A DNA stretch of 64,000 nucleotides from Gemmatimonadota bacterium (GCA_039591075.1 JBDHEI010000008.1:15984-79983), one strand, 5' to 3'. Numbered from the stretch's first letter, positions 1 through 14,719 are shown. The notes: generated by a model from the sequence alone, not told the origin. Numbers and translations: made by a program.

Positions 1-1269
1 CGCGAGCAGGTTGAGGTACCTGACCATGGCCTGGGCGGAGTCGAGCAGCCCTTCGTCCATGTTCACGTCTATCATCTGCGCGCCGCCCGCGACCTGCTCC
101 CGCGCAACTTCCAGGGCCGTTGTGTAGTCGCCATCGCGGATCAGCCGAGCGAAGCGGGTGGAGCCAGTGACGTTGGTTCGCTCCCCGACGTTGACGAACA
201 GGGTATCGGGACGGATCACTAACGGGTCGATGCCCGACAGGTGCATATACGGCTCGAGCGTCGGGATGGGGCGTGGGGCAAGCGTCTGCACAGCGTGAGC
301 GATGGCGGTGATGTGGTCCGGGGTGGTGCCGCAACAGCCACCCACGATGTTCACCAGGCCGCTCTCGGCGAACTCCGCAACGATTGTCGCCATCTCGTTG
401 GCCGACTGATCATATTCGCCGAACTCGTTCGGCAACCCGGCATTGGGATGACAGCTGATCAAGGTGTCGGCTACCGACGCCAACTCGGCGATGTGCGGCC
501 TGAGCTCGGCGGCGCCAAGCGCGCAGTTGAGTCCAACGCTGAACAGGTCGGCGTGGCTTACCGAAATCCAGAACGCTTCCGGGGTCTGCCCCGAGAGCGT
601 GCGGCCGCTCCGATCGGTGATGGTACCGGACACCATGATCGGCACGTCCTCCGCCCGCTCGTCGAGCAGCTCTCGGATCGCGAAGAGCGCTGCCTTGGCG
701 TTCAGCGTGTCGAACACCGTTTCGACCATGAGTACGTCCGCTCCTCCGTCGAGGAGCGCGGTGGCCTGCTCGCGGTACACCCGTGCCAGGTCGTCGAACG
801 TGACCGCGCGGGCCCCCGGATCGGCCACTGATGGCGACATCGAGGCAGTGCGGTTGGTGGGTCCCAAGACGCCTGCCACAAAGCGCGGGCGCGACGGATC
901 CCGGTCAGTGATGCTGTCTGCAGCGCTCCGCGCGAGACGAGCGGCCTCGAGATTGATGTCCCGCACCGCGCTCTCGAGCCGATAATCGGCCTGGGAGATC
1001 GCGTTGGCGTTGAAGGTGTTGGTCTCGACGATGTCCGCACCCGCCTCGAGATAGGCCCGGTGGATGGACTCGATCACGTCGGGTCGGGTGAGACTCAGCA
1101 GGTCGTTGTTGCCCGACAGTGGGACGGGATGGGTGCTGAACACGTCACCGCGGAAATCGGCTTCACTCAACCGATGCGCCTGGATCATGGTGCCCATGGC
1201 GCCGTCGAGGACGAGGATTCGCTCGCGGGCAACCTCGCTCAGGCGTCTGATTCGCGATGCGGGTGTCAT
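1..1269 (-). CDS. metH: Cobalamin-dependent methionine synthase, 5' part (runs off the window)
   Basis: Manual translation from ATG 1269: [30 protein letters not shown], later GGCCGT and [11 protein letters not shown] motifs. Absent from the ORF track because its stop lies outside the window. Confidence 0.97.
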   Translation of the reverse strand, partial: MTPASRIRRLSEVARERILVLDGAMGTMIQAHRLSEADFRGDVFSTHPVPLSGNNDLLSLTRPDVIESIHRAYLEAGADIVETNTFNANAISQADYRLESAVRDINLEAARLARSAADSITDRDPSRPRFVAGVLGPTNRTASMSPSVADPGARAVTFDDLARVYREQATALLDGGADVLMVETVFDTLNAKAALFAIRELLDERAEDVPIMVSGTITDRSGRTLSGQTPEAFWISVSHADLFSVGLNCALGAAELRPHIAELASVADTLISCHPNAGLPNEFGEYDQSANEMATIVAEFAESGLVNIVGGCCGTTPDHITAIAHAVQTLAPRPIPTLEPYMHLSGIDPLVIRPDTLFVNVGERTNVTGSTRFARLIRDGDYTTALEVAREQVAGGAQMIDVNMDEGLLDSAQAMVRYLNLLA

Positions 1270-1314
1270 CCGACGACCCTTTTCGTCACGCCGCACAGTC
1301 GATCAGTAGTCTTC

Positions 1315-1354
1315 AAAAAAACCCCCCGTCGCCAAAACGCGCCGGAGGACGGGC
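1315..1354 (-). terminator. Intrinsic terminator between the riboswitch and metH
   Basis: Minus strand reads gCCCGTC...GACGGGggg followed by 7 T. Confidence 0.7.
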
Positions 1355-1405
1355 TTTTTAGCGACTTGTTTAACGTGGCCGCAATATGCCGCAAATCACC
1401 ACGAT
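1355..1405 (-). promoter_or_regulatory. SAM-II (SAM-alpha) riboswitch aptamer
   Basis: Minus strand TCGTGGTGATTTG...TTGCGGCCACGTTAAACAAGTCGCTAAA matches the SAM-II consensus and lies directly upstream of metH. Confidence 0.9.
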
Positions 1406-1470
1406 ATTCGATTGTCCCCACAATCTACTGCGGTCCCGTCCCCGGCGCTATCCGGGGGATGAATCACCGC

Positions 1471-1788
1471 TCACATGACGCCAAGACGGCGCAGCACCTC
1501 CGCCCGCCGGACGCCCGCAATGGTGACTCGCTTGCGTCGGCTCCCGTGGCCCGCGACGATTCGCACCGCCGCTCGCGGCACCCCAACCCGCTGTGCCAGA
1601 AAATCGATGAGCGCCTGGTTCGCTGCTCCGTCGACCGGCGGGGCCGAGAGCCTGACCTTGATGGCATCACCGTGCCAGCCACTCACCTCTGTCTCGCGGG
1701 CACGGGCCTGCACGTGGAGGCAGAGCGTGACCTGGCCTACGTCGTCAGCCGTGGTCTCGCCGCCATCCGCATCGTCTCGCACGGTCAC
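1471..1788 (-). CDS. DUF167 / YggU family protein
   Basis: KVRLSAPPVDGAANQALIDFLA...GHGSRRKRV motif; adjacent to yggT. Confidence 0.9.
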   Translation of the reverse strand: MTVRDDADGGETTADDVGQVTLCLHVQARARETEVSGWHGDAIKVRLSAPPVDGAANQALIDFLAQRVGVPRAAVRIVAGHGSRRKRVTIAGVRRAEVLRRLGVM

Positions 1789-1807
1789 CGCTTCTCCGGG
1801 CTCAACG

Positions 1808-2371
1808 TCACAGAAGCCCGAGGATCATTCCCCTCAGCAGGAGGATCAGGAACCACGCAATGATGGGTGTGATGTCAATCATGCCCAGCGGCGGCACGAC
1901 CCGCTGCAGCGGTTTCACGATCCAGTCGGTGAGTGCGTAGAACGGACGCATCCAGCGGTGGAACGGTCCGAGCCCCAACCACGAACCGACGACCCGAACG
2001 ATGAGGGCAATCAGCAGGATCCCAGACGCGTAGTAGACCACGAGTCCAATCAGGCCGCTCACGCCTTGCTCCGCGGCGCGGGCCGTCCGGCGGACCGTCA
2101 TCGCGACCCAGTCCGTGGCCGTGATGACCAGGATCCCGCCGACCACGCTGATGCCGAGTAGCCACCACCCTGCCTGCTGGGGGTTACCGCCGCGTTTGAG
2201 GAGATACGACTCCAGCGGTTGAAGCACCGGGTCCGAAACCTTGCGAACCAGTTGGCCCGTCCGACCAAACGGGTTGATGCGCCGGGTCCGGACAGCCCAC
2301 GAACCGGCGGCGACCGCGCCGCTGAACACGAAGACTCCGAAGACGGCGTACCTGATCAGATCGAATACCAC
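1808..2371 (-). CDS. YggT family membrane protein
   Basis: Two YGGT-like repeats, e.g. LTDWIVKPLQRVVPPLGMIDITPIIA. Start moved to GTG 2371. Confidence 0.88.
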   Translation of the reverse strand: MVFDLIRYAVFGVFVFSGAVAAGSWAVRTRRINPFGRTGQLVRKVSDPVLQPLESYLLKRGGNPQQAGWWLLGISVVGGILVITATDWVAMTVRRTARAAEQGVSGLIGLVVYYASGILLIALIVRVVGSWLGLGPFHRWMRPFYALTDWIVKPLQRVVPPLGMIDITPIIAWFLILLLRGMILGLL

Positions 2372-2607
2372 GTGCGTTGGCCTTTGGCTCCCTCGTCCTC
2401 GAACGGCATCGGCTCGACCGCGTCCGCTCCGGCGTGGCGGCAATGCACCGCAAGGTCTCGTGATGCCGGCCCCCCCGTCAAGGGAGGGCGGAGCGCGAAG
2501 GTATGGTTGGCTTCCGTGTGGGACGCATACATCTTGTAGTCCACGAGGGCAGCGTCTGCCGAAGCGTGGTGGGGGGAACGTTGGGCCTACTCGATTTCCC
2601 GATCAAG

Positions 2608-4380
2608 ATGGGACGATGGATCCGGTACGGACTCAGGCCGCCGGAGCTCGTGATCGTACATCATCCCCGGTACGCTGCGCTGAAGCTGGGACGGCTTTTC
2701 GACTCGGCGCGTGCCGACAAGATCTTGGCCTTCCTCACGGATCGGGATCTGGTGCGTCGCCAAGATGTCAGCCGGCCACGCCCCTCGTCGCTCGAGAACA
2801 TCTTGCGCGTGCATAGCCCAGACTATGTCGAGTCGTTGGTTGATCCGAGCGTCGTCGGAGCGATCCTCGGTGTACCCGTCGGCGAGAAACAGGTGAATGA
2901 GGCACTGGACCTGTTTCGCCTCGCTGTCGGTGGCACCATTCAGGCTACTCGTCTGGCGCTTCGCACGGGGAAAGTGGCAGTGCACTTGAGTGGCGGATTT
3001 CACCACGCCACCCCCGACGAGGGAATGGGGTTCTGCGTCTACAACGACGTGGCGATTGCCATTGCCCGTCTCCGCGCGCGGGGATTCGACGAGCCCATCC
3101 TGGTCGTGGACCTCGATCTCCACGATGGAAACGGCACGCGCGCGGTGTTTGCCACCGATCCGACCGTCTACACCTTCTCGATTCACAACATCCACTGGGA
3201 CGAGCACGATGCCATGGCGTCGACCAGCGTGGCATTGGGAAGCGACGTGACCGATGAGAGGCTCCTTGCGACCCTGACCGAGCTGTTGCCCCCAATCGTC
3301 GACCGTCACCGGCCGGGGTTGGTTGTCTACGTTGCCGGCGTCGATGGTGCAGTGGACGATGCGCTGGGCGACTGGCAGCTGACCGCCGAGGGGTTGCTCG
3401 AGCGGGATCGGTTCGTGGTCGGACTGCTCCGGAACGAGACCCGGGCTATCCCGCTCGCCGTCGTGCTGGCCGGAGGATACGGATCGTCGGCGTGGCGGTA
3501 TTCGGCCCGCTTCCTTGGGTGGCTTGCCAGGAGTGAGGTGTTCGAGCCTCCCGATGATGCCGAGATGGTGCTCAAACGGTTTCGGGCGATATCCCGAGGG
3601 TGGGACACCGAGAGTTCCACGACCAAGGACGAGGACGATTGGGGTCTCACGGAGGAGGACCTGCTCGGGCTCGTCACGCAACAGGAGACACGGTTTCTCG
3701 GGACCTTCTCCCGATACGCGGTCGAGCTGCAACTCGAACAGCTGGGCATGCTGGACAAGGTCAGAGACTCCGGGTTCAACTCACCGACACTCGTGCTCGA
3801 CGTCCCCCGGGGACTCGATCAGGTTCTCCGGCTCTATGGCAAACCGGACCGCACCGACCTGCTCATGGAGCTCAAGGCGTCCCGCAGTCGGAGCATCGTA
3901 CCCAATGCCGAGGTGATCGAGATCGGATGGCTGCTGCTCCAGAACCCCCGCGCGGCGTTCACGACCAACCGTCCCCAGCTCCCCGGGCAGGAGCATCCGG
4001 GACTCGGCCTGCTACGTGAAGTCGCAGGCTGGCTCATCGTGGTATGTGAGCGGCTGCGGCTCGACGGCATCGCGTTCGTGCCGTCGCAGTACTACATGGC
4101 AGGCGTCGGGGCTCGGCATCTCAAGTTCGTCAATCCGGCCCATCAAGGCCGGTTCGAGGCGCTGCACGCGGCGATCCGGACGCTCGGATTCGCGGGAGGG
4201 AATCAGGCACTCAACGCCGGGGACGTGATCGACGAAGCAACCGGCGAATCCGCGCGGTGGGAACCGCGACCCATGGTCCTTCCGGTCAGCGGTCGGCTAC
4301 GAGCACGCGTGGCCGGTCGCGCCTACCGTGAGGAAGTCGAACGGGTTCGGTCGCGGGTCTCGTTCAGGTTGGGGGGATAG
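2608..4380 (+). CDS. Zn-dependent histone-deacetylase family protein with a C-terminal extension
   Basis: [29 protein letters not shown] and GGY motifs, plus roughly 250 extra C-terminal residues. Start uncertain. Confidence 0.9.
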   Translation: MGRWIRYGLRPPELVIVHHPRYAALKLGRLFDSARADKILAFLTDRDLVRRQDVSRPRPSSLENILRVHSPDYVESLVDPSVVGAILGVPVGEKQVNEALDLFRLAVGGTIQATRLALRTGKVAVHLSGGFHHATPDEGMGFCVYNDVAIAIARLRARGFDEPILVVDLDLHDGNGTRAVFATDPTVYTFSIHNIHWDEHDAMASTSVALGSDVTDERLLATLTELLPPIVDRHRPGLVVYVAGVDGAVDDALGDWQLTAEGLLERDRFVVGLLRNETRAIPLAVVLAGGYGSSAWRYSARFLGWLARSEVFEPPDDAEMVLKRFRAISRGWDTESSTTKDEDDWGLTEEDLLGLVTQQETRFLGTFSRYAVELQLEQLGMLDKVRDSGFNSPTLVLDVPRGLDQVLRLYGKPDRTDLLMELKASRSRSIVPNAEVIEIGWLLLQNPRAAFTTNRPQLPGQEHPGLGLLREVAGWLIVVCERLRLDGIAFVPSQYYMAGVGARHLKFVNPAHQGRFEALHAAIRTLGFAGGNQALNAGDVIDEATGESARWEPRPMVLPVSGRLRARVAGRAYREEVERVRSRVSFRLGG

Positions 4381-4393
4381 AAGGAACGGGGCT

Positions 4394-8020
<3,627 letters not shown>

Positions 8021-8136
8021 CGGAGCCCGCTGGTCTCGTGAACCGTCTATGGGGGGAGGGAAGATACGGGGATTGTGGAGCACTTGGTAGCGCGAGCGGT
8101 CGCAGGGGCTACGCGGCGAGTGCGATACCCCAACCC

Positions 8137-10908
8137 CTAGGGCTTCTCGGGCGTTGGCGCAGCCAGGAAGCCTACAGCGTGCTCGAGATCAGCATTCAGG
8201 AGCACCCGCAACACTTCGCCGTCGCTCTCTCGGGGCACGTCGATCACTTTCAGCGTTTCGGCCAAGTGTGCAAACTCGGGAAGCATTTCTGGCAACACGT
8301 TGGTGGACTGCGTGAAGAAGCGCTCCTGGAAAACCGTGTCGGGCTCGTCCGGATACAAGGGCAGGTAACGGATACCTGCTTCCACCAGGTCTTGGAAGAA
8401 ATGCGTGCCGAACGACAGTTCCGGGACGTAGTTCCCTTTCTTGCGGGCTACCTCCACCAGCATCGCGGTGTTGCTGATGTCTGAGTACGTGACGTTGACC
8501 CCCAGCTTGATGTCGCCACGGCTCCCCCACCGACCGGGTCCGATGAGCACGAATCGTCGCTTGGGGAGCATCGCGTTGAGCTTGCCGACGGCGCGCGCGA
8601 CGTCCTTGAGGTCCCCGTGGCTGGCGAGCCGTCCATATCCGTCAGGATCGACGTACACGATATGAGAGACGGGCGGCACCCGTCCGTTGGCAACGTACCG
8701 GCGAGCCGAGAACAGGATCTTGCTCTTCGAGAGGTTCCGGGGAATAGGATCGGGTGCGTGTTCCTCGGAGCGGCTCTGGGCCCGACATTGCAGGATGTAC
8801 AGGTCCGACCCGTCGCTCGCGAACTCCACGTCCACCGGCATGCCCAGCCGCTCGCTGAGCAGGGTGAACAGCGTCCGGATCTGCCGTAGGAACGGCGTCT
8901 TGCCGATCAGGCCCTCGAAGGTGACCACGAAGTGGTCGGCGGCCCAGTCTGGCTCGAGTCCGATCGGCTCGCGCAATTCGTCGCCGTGCGCGACGGAGAC
9001 CAGTCGTCCTGCGAGTGGGTAGTTCTCCCCGTGCGCGCGGAGGAGTTCGTGCAAATCGATCGTCTCAAACGTGTTGGTCTCGAGGTCGATCACATCGGCG
9101 CGCTTCGGTGAGTACCGCTCGGCCTCGTCGGTGGTGACGTTCACGCGGAGTCCCGGTTGTCCGGGACTGACCAGGATGGGGTAGTCGTCACTCACACGAT
9201 CGACGGCTCGGGTGCCCAGTCCGGCCACCATGCGGACGAGTCCGTCCTCACGCCGTATGCGCGGTGACCAGCGCATTTCCGCGTTGCTGAAGGCGACCCC
9301 CGAAAACGCCGGGAGGAAGTACTTTCCGATCCGCGTGCCGACGACCTCCTGGATCAGGACACCCATCTCCTCGCGGAAGTCCAGCAGTCCTCGTTCGGTC
9401 CGATACTCGATGGGGTCCGGCCCGAACACGGAGGCCCAGATTTCGGCCACGGCATCCTGGAGCGCCTCGAGTCGCTGCTGCTTGGTGCCCTGGTTGGCCA
9501 AGAACAGGCTCTTGTACTTCCCCGAGAACGACGACCCCGCTCGATCCTCGAGCATCGACGAGCTGCGCACGATGAGTGGCCGGTCGTCGAAATCGTCGAG
9601 CACGGCGGACAGGCCTTTGGTGATCTCCGAAGTGAACCGCGAGTTCTTGAAGAACTGGATAACGAACGGGTAGTCGCGACGCACCCGATCGATCGGCATG
9701 TACTTGCGGTCATAGACTTCGTTCAGGCCGTTCGATTGGATGAAGTCCAGTATGCCATCCGACGCCACGTACCAAGTGCGGGGGAACTTGACGTTCCGGA
9801 AGAGGTCGGCGTACTCGGTAGCGGATCCCACAATCTTCTCCGCCTGGAACAGCCCGGCAGCCTTACCGCCGAGTTTTCCCTGGCTTCGAGGCGGATAGAC
9901 GACGCGGGGCATCAGATCGTAGAAATCCCTGACCGTCACGTGTTTCTTGGCCACGTTGATGAAGTCGAGCTGATCGAGGAACACTCGCCGCAGGAGCCCC
10001 ACCTTGATGCTGGTGCGAAAGGCGAGCGAGAGCTGGGATTCGTCGACTGATGCATTCCGATAGCGGAGCACGGCGTCGCCGATCTCGTTCATGGTGGTCG
10101 CCTGGTTCTCGAGACCATGGAGCAGGAAGACGCACTTGTCTTCGTTGATCCACGACTGAATGACCGAGACGATTTCCGTCTCGCTCAGGTGGCGGCCGGC
10201 CAGTTCGAACGTCCGCTCCACGAGACTTGGCGTGGGGCGCAACGCGTGTCGCTGCTGTGGTCGGTTCTCGTCCCACCCCGCGTGCACGCCCCGGGTGCTC
10301 GGCAATTCCTCGTGCAGCAGCTTGCCCGCCTCTTCGATGCCGGTCCAGCAGAGGTGGCGGACCATCCTGCGCGTGATGCGCTTGAGAAGCTCTTGGTCGG
10401 TTCGCATCAGAAACTCGACCAGCACCCGCCACGATCGTCGCTCGCGACTGGTGAGTTTCGCCACGACCCGCTCCCAGCTCTCTCGGTCCTGGCGAAGCCC
10501 CCGCTGCATTGCCCAGAGAGCAATGCGCTCCGCGATGGCATCGATGAGCCGCCGTTCCTCCTTGAGGAACGGACCTTCGTAGAGTGCCGGTCGTTCCTCC
10601 CGATAGGACACGGCGACGCTCCCGGTGATCTCTCCCTGCACCCGGATGTCTGTCTCCAAGGTCCAGGGGGTCGAGACGTGATCGTCCGGCTGATACGTGT
10701 TTCGGCCCATGGTAATCCTGGCCTGGCAGATGTCCGGGTACTTCCAGCCGGCCGGGATGACCAGGATCAGCTGATTGAAGACATCCGTTTCTTCATGTGC
10801 GGCCTGCCTGCTGAGGATCTCGTCGATCCGGTAGAGGCAGTTGAGTTCCTTGGCCCGCTCCTGCAGGTCTTCCAATAGCTGTTCGGCGGACCGGTCAGGA
10901 TTGATCAC
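8137..10908 (-). CDS. PEP-synthase/PPDK-like ATP-grasp protein with an N-terminal GAF-like sensor region
   Basis: LGGKAAGL, VRSSSMLED...FSGKYKS, DVEFA, YILQCR and C-terminal SFGTHFF. N-terminus LQERAKELNCLY...PFLKEERRLI. Start GTG 10908 follows gagga. Confidence 0.85.
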   Translation of the reverse strand: MINPDRSAEQLLEDLQERAKELNCLYRIDEILSRQAAHEETDVFNQLILVIPAGWKYPDICQARITMGRNTYQPDDHVSTPWTLETDIRVQGEITGSVAVSYREERPALYEGPFLKEERRLIDAIAERIALWAMQRGLRQDRESWERVVAKLTSRERRSWRVLVEFLMRTDQELLKRITRRMVRHLCWTGIEEAGKLLHEELPSTRGVHAGWDENRPQQRHALRPTPSLVERTFELAGRHLSETEIVSVIQSWINEDKCVFLLHGLENQATTMNEIGDAVLRYRNASVDESQLSLAFRTSIKVGLLRRVFLDQLDFINVAKKHVTVRDFYDLMPRVVYPPRSQGKLGGKAAGLFQAEKIVGSATEYADLFRNVKFPRTWYVASDGILDFIQSNGLNEVYDRKYMPIDRVRRDYPFVIQFFKNSRFTSEITKGLSAVLDDFDDRPLIVRSSSMLEDRAGSSFSGKYKSLFLANQGTKQQRLEALQDAVAEIWASVFGPDPIEYRTERGLLDFREEMGVLIQEVVGTRIGKYFLPAFSGVAFSNAEMRWSPRIRREDGLVRMVAGLGTRAVDRVSDDYPILVSPGQPGLRVNVTTDEAERYSPKRADVIDLETNTFETIDLHELLRAHGENYPLAGRLVSVAHGDELREPIGLEPDWAADHFVVTFEGLIGKTPFLRQIRTLFTLLSERLGMPVDVEFASDGSDLYILQCRAQSRSEEHAPDPIPRNLSKSKILFSARRYVANGRVPPVSHIVYVDPDGYGRLASHGDLKDVARAVGKLNAMLPKRRFVLIGPGRWGSRGDIKLGVNVTYSDISNTAMLVEVARKKGNYVPELSFGTHFFQDLVEAGIRYLPLYPDEPDTVFQERFFTQSTNVLPEMLPEFAHLAETLKVIDVPRESDGEVLRVLLNADLEHAVGFLAAPTPEKP

Positions 10909-10933
10909 GCGCACCGTCCTCGTCGGCGAGTGC

Positions 10934-12688
10934 TCATGTACGGTACCATACTGCACCACGGCCGGACCGGCCGTCCACCTTGACCAGCAGCGGGCCCGCA
11001 GTGCGGATGTGTCGGACAAACTCCGTTTCGGCGACGGCCTCGTTCCCGTCGAGCCACTGCCAGTCGATTCCGGGCGCTGTGTCGTGAGGCACCGAGAAGT
11101 AGCTCACCTGGAAGCTCGAGATGTTGTGGAAGAAATGCGAGCCCTGGCTGGCTTCGATCATCATGTCGGGTCGGGTGGCCTCTACGATGGCCTTGGCCCC
11201 GCAGATCTGCCCCCATTTCACGGGGATCCCGAGCCAGGGATCTGCGCTTCCCCATCGGCCAAAACCGATCAGCAGGTAGGGGCGGTCCTGATCCAACAGT
11301 CCCGCATTCATCTTTTCCAGCTGCTCGCCAACCGTGCGCGTGTGACGGGTCTCGAACACCGCAGGCTTCACGTAGACCACGTCCTCGATGGTCTCGACGA
11401 CGCCGTTGCCCATCACGTGGCGCGAAGCGAGCAGCACGTTGGGGGAATCGAGCTCGCTCTCGTCAACGTGGACCTCTTTGTCGGGCACCACCATCGGGCG
11501 GATTTGCAGAAAACCGAGGTGTGGCTTGGAGCCGGCAGCTTTGGGGAAGGTCATCGCGAATTCAATTTCGACGTCACGCCCCGTGGCGCTCTCGCAGGAG
11601 TCGAGGAGCGAGCGGACCACCGAGTTGAGCGGGTACTGCTCGTGCAGGAGCAACGGGGCGAAGTTGAGAATCCGTGGTCCTGCGGTCCCGACGCCTGGCG
11701 TCACGCGGTCGGAGTCGGCGACGTATGTCGACGCCGAGTAGCGCAGGGTGCCGTCGTACTCCGCCTCACGAAGGCCCGCCTGAGCCAGATACTCCGTTTC
11801 GGCCATGGGGTCGTACGGCGGTGCCTTCCCGACATTGATCGCCCAGAACTCTCTCTGGGTCACGGCGAGGAGGTCTCTCGGCGAGCTGTAGGGCGGTGGG
11901 GATTTGGGCCTGGCGGGCGAGTAGGAGTAACACAGACCCCCGTCGACGATGGTCTTGCCGAGGCCCAGGGCCAAATCGACCACGCCCTCGTCTCGATCGG
12001 CGCCGCCTGTAGGATAGAAATTGAACGAGCGCGCGACCCCTGAGACATCGGGGTAGAACCGGTCGCCGTGCCGTTGGCCCACCACCTCCTGGAGGATCAC
12101 GGCCATCTTCTCCTCGCCGTCGGGCGTACGGGATGACCGGCGATAATCGCGGGCCGATTTGAAGAAGGTCGAGGCATAGACGAACTTCAACGCCTCCACC
12201 AGCCGCTGGAATCGAGTGGTGCTGTCTGGCTGGTTGTTCGGCGTCATCTTCGTCTCGTAGACGCCGGCGAAGGGGTGGAGCAACGCATCCTCGAGCAGGC
12301 TGGAAGAGCGCACCGCGAGTGGCGCGCGGATCAGATCCGCCAGTGTCCGCAGATCGCCGAGGATCTCTGTCGGAAGGTCCCCCTGCTGGAACGCGTGGGC
12401 GATGCGCTCGTCGAGGAGGTCGGAGGAGGCGATCTCGCCGAGGTGGTTCCGTTCCAGGAACGCATCGAATACGTCCGTCGCCACCACGGCAAACCTGGGA
12501 ATGCCGACCTCGATCTGGGCGTCGGTGCGGGGTCCGAACCCCGCGTGCAGCATCTTCCGAACCGAGACGAGGCCCCGGGCCTTTCCACCGATCTCCCCGT
12601 GTCCAATGCGTCCCGGAGTGCCGTCGGATCCGAAGGCATCCCGGTCGAACGGGGAGAGGTCATGTCTGTTCCGAGCGTATCGGTCCAT
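10934..12688 (-). CDS. Second PEP-synthase/PPDK-like ATP-grasp protein, no sensor domain
   Basis: IGGKARGL, AVRSSSLLED...FAGVYET, GLGKTIVDGG, EIEFA, LQIRP, SQGSHFF. Confidence 0.88.
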   Translation of the reverse strand: MDRYARNRHDLSPFDRDAFGSDGTPGRIGHGEIGGKARGLVSVRKMLHAGFGPRTDAQIEVGIPRFAVVATDVFDAFLERNHLGEIASSDLLDERIAHAFQQGDLPTEILGDLRTLADLIRAPLAVRSSSLLEDALLHPFAGVYETKMTPNNQPDSTTRFQRLVEALKFVYASTFFKSARDYRRSSRTPDGEEKMAVILQEVVGQRHGDRFYPDVSGVARSFNFYPTGGADRDEGVVDLALGLGKTIVDGGLCYSYSPARPKSPPPYSSPRDLLAVTQREFWAINVGKAPPYDPMAETEYLAQAGLREAEYDGTLRYSASTYVADSDRVTPGVGTAGPRILNFAPLLLHEQYPLNSVVRSLLDSCESATGRDVEIEFAMTFPKAAGSKPHLGFLQIRPMVVPDKEVHVDESELDSPNVLLASRHVMGNGVVETIEDVVYVKPAVFETRHTRTVGEQLEKMNAGLLDQDRPYLLIGFGRWGSADPWLGIPVKWGQICGAKAIVEATRPDMMIEASQGSHFFHNISSFQVSYFSVPHDTAPGIDWQWLDGNEAVAETEFVRHIRTAGPLLVKVDGRSGRGAVWYRT

Positions 12689-12707
12689 GGCGGCAGCCGG
12701 AGGGTGG

Positions 12708-13997
12708 CTATCCCTGGATCCAGCCGCGGTCCCGACACGCTCGGGTCACGCGATCGACCGCGATGACGTACGCGGCCGTACGCGTGAAGAGCTTCCGTTT
12801 GCGGGCGAGCTCACTGACGGCGACAAACGCCGCCGTCATCTTGACGTCGAGCTTGCTCAGCACCTCGTCTTTGTCCCAATAATAGTTGGAATTGCTCTGC
12901 ACCTGCTCGAAGTAGCTGCACGTCACCCCGCCGGCATTGGCGAGCAGATCGGGTATCACGAAGATCCCGCGTCGTTCGAGTGCCGAGTCGGCAGCTGGCG
13001 TGGTCGGTCCGTTGGCGCCTTCGACTATGATCCTGACCCGTTTGCCTATCCGGGACACGTTGTCTTCGGTGATCTGGTTTTCGAGGGCTGCCGGGATCAG
13101 GATGTCGACGTCCTGCTCGAGCCACGCCTCGCCCGGCAGGATCTCGTAGCCCAAGTCCTGCACCCTGCGCTTGTCGATTCCACCGAACCGGTCCGTAACA
13201 CCGAGCAACTCGTCCAGATCGATGCCCTCCTTCCGACGGAAGGAGTAGCTGGCCTGGTCGGTCTGATCCCAGCAGGAGACGCAGACCGTACGGCCACCGA
13301 TCTGGCTGTAAAGCCGAATGGCGTTCTGCGCGACGTTTCCGAATCCTTGGACACTGGCGGTGGTATCGTCCGGCCGGATGTCGAGTTCCTTGAGCGCTTC
13401 GCGCAGCGTGAACACCAGACCGAAACCGGTGGCCTCCGCCCGGCCCTGTGAGCCACCCACCCCGACCGGTTTTCCTGTGATGAAGCCGGGCTGCTTGGAT
13501 CCGTGGATCGCCTCGAACTCGTCCAGCATCCACAACATGTGTTGTGCAGAGGTCATCACATCCGGGGCGGGCACGTCGAGGTGAGGGCCCATGTTGCGGC
13601 CCATGCAGCGAACATAGCCGCGACACACGGTCTCTTGCTCCCTGGCGCTCAGGTTGTGCGGGTCGCACACCACCCCGCCCTTGGCCCCACCGAGTGGGAT
13701 GTCGACGACGGCGCATTTCCACGTCATCCACATTGCGAGAGCCCGGACCGTGTCGAGGGTCTCCAGCGGATGAAATCGTATGCCGCCCTTGCACGGTCCC
13801 TTGGCGTCGTTGTGCTGGACCCGGAATCCTCGGAAGATGTGGACGCGCCCGTCATCCATCCGAGCCGGGATGGCGAACGTGAACTCCCGCATGGGGTAGC
13901 GCAGGAGATCGCGCGCAGACGGATCGAGATTCAGCAGTTCGGCGACCCCATCGAACTGCGCCTGAGCGATGTCGAAAGCGTTGTACGATCTGGTCAT
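12708..13997 (-). CDS. gdhA: Glu/Leu/Phe/Val family dehydrogenase, probably glutamate dehydrogenase
   Basis: KGGIRFHP, MTWKC, GGAKGG, VPAPD, TGKP, QGFGNV, EGANGPTT, NAGGVTCSYFE. Confidence 0.93.
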   Translation of the reverse strand: MTRSYNAFDIAQAQFDGVAELLNLDPSARDLLRYPMREFTFAIPARMDDGRVHIFRGFRVQHNDAKGPCKGGIRFHPLETLDTVRALAMWMTWKCAVVDIPLGGAKGGVVCDPHNLSAREQETVCRGYVRCMGRNMGPHLDVPAPDVMTSAQHMLWMLDEFEAIHGSKQPGFITGKPVGVGGSQGRAEATGFGLVFTLREALKELDIRPDDTTASVQGFGNVAQNAIRLYSQIGGRTVCVSCWDQTDQASYSFRRKEGIDLDELLGVTDRFGGIDKRRVQDLGYEILPGEAWLEQDVDILIPAALENQITEDNVSRIGKRVRIIVEGANGPTTPAADSALERRGIFVIPDLLANAGGVTCSYFEQVQSNSNYYWDKDEVLSKLDVKMTAAFVAVSELARKRKLFTRTAAYVIAVDRVTRACRDRGWIQG

Positions 13998-14191
13998 CTG
14001 CAGAGTCCGGCCGACGCGATGGTCGGAACGCGAACCTTTCCTTTCTGGAAGTCCCAAGCCCCCCTCATCCCCACCCGGTGCTGCAGCGAGGTGCCTGAAA
14101 TGTAATAGGGTCTATCGGTTACGGCGTTTCGCGCCGGTTGGGGGCCGGCCGGGAGATTGGACTGGGGGAAGGCGGCAGACCGAGCGAGGAA

Positions 14192-14223
14192 TTGAAAATC
14201 TATATGATTATCATATATATGTT
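14192..14223 (+). promoter_or_regulatory. AT-rich promoter with palindromic operator
   Basis: TTGAAA at 14192, then TATATGAT-T-ATCATATA (14201-14217), just before ATG 14228. Confidence 0.6.
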
Positions 14224-14227
14224 ATTC

Positions 14228-14719
14228 ATGACACTCGGTCAGTTTGCCGTTGCGGTCGGCGCACCAGCGCGCTGGGTCCAGAACGCGTATCAGGCGCTGG
14301 GCATACCGGCGCGATACACGGAGGATCTTGCTCGGCGTCTGAGCTTTGCCCGCACGGTGAAGGCTGCGTGTGGGATGTCGCTGCGGCAGGCGTTCCCGCT
14401 GGCGGAGGAGGCGCTGGCCCGGTGGCCGCAGCATCGTACGTGGGAGCTCGCCGGCCCGGATGGCGTCGTCCGCATGACCCTCGATCTGGAGCGGTTCCTG
14501 TCCGACTGTACCGTGCGACTGTCGCTCGCGCGATGCTGGTATGCCGAAAAGCGGCGAGGGCGACCACCGAAAAAGCGCCGGCGCGGCATCGCGTGGGCCA
14601 AGTGGTACGGCGTGGACATTTCGCTCCTCGAGGCGTCGTTACGGTTGACGCCCGAGCAGCGGCTCAAGCGATTGGATGAGGCGGTGGAGTTCTTCCGCAA
14701 GGCGCGCATTCTCCGATGA
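14228..14719 (+). CDS. Hypothetical protein, putative HTH/antitoxin-like
   Basis: HTH-like N-terminus MTLGQFAVAVGAPARWVQN; C-terminus VDISLLEASLRLTPEQRL; ATGA overlap with the next gene. Confidence 0.6.
   Translation: MTLGQFAVAVGAPARWVQNAYQALGIPARYTEDLARRLSFARTVKAACGMSLRQAFPLAEEALARWPQHRTWELAGPDGVVRMTLDLERFLSDCTVRLSLARCWYAEKRRGRPPKKRRRGIAWAKWYGVDISLLEASLRLTPEQRLKRLDEAVEFFRKARILR

Noticed and set aside
2356-2544. 62-aa ORF upstream of yggT
   Set aside because: No recognisable motif or RBS; it lies in a probable divergent promoter region.
8137-12688. Calling the two dikinase-like genes ppsA
   Set aside because: No C-terminal PEP/pyruvate-binding barrel is recognisable, so PEP synthase activity is unsupported.
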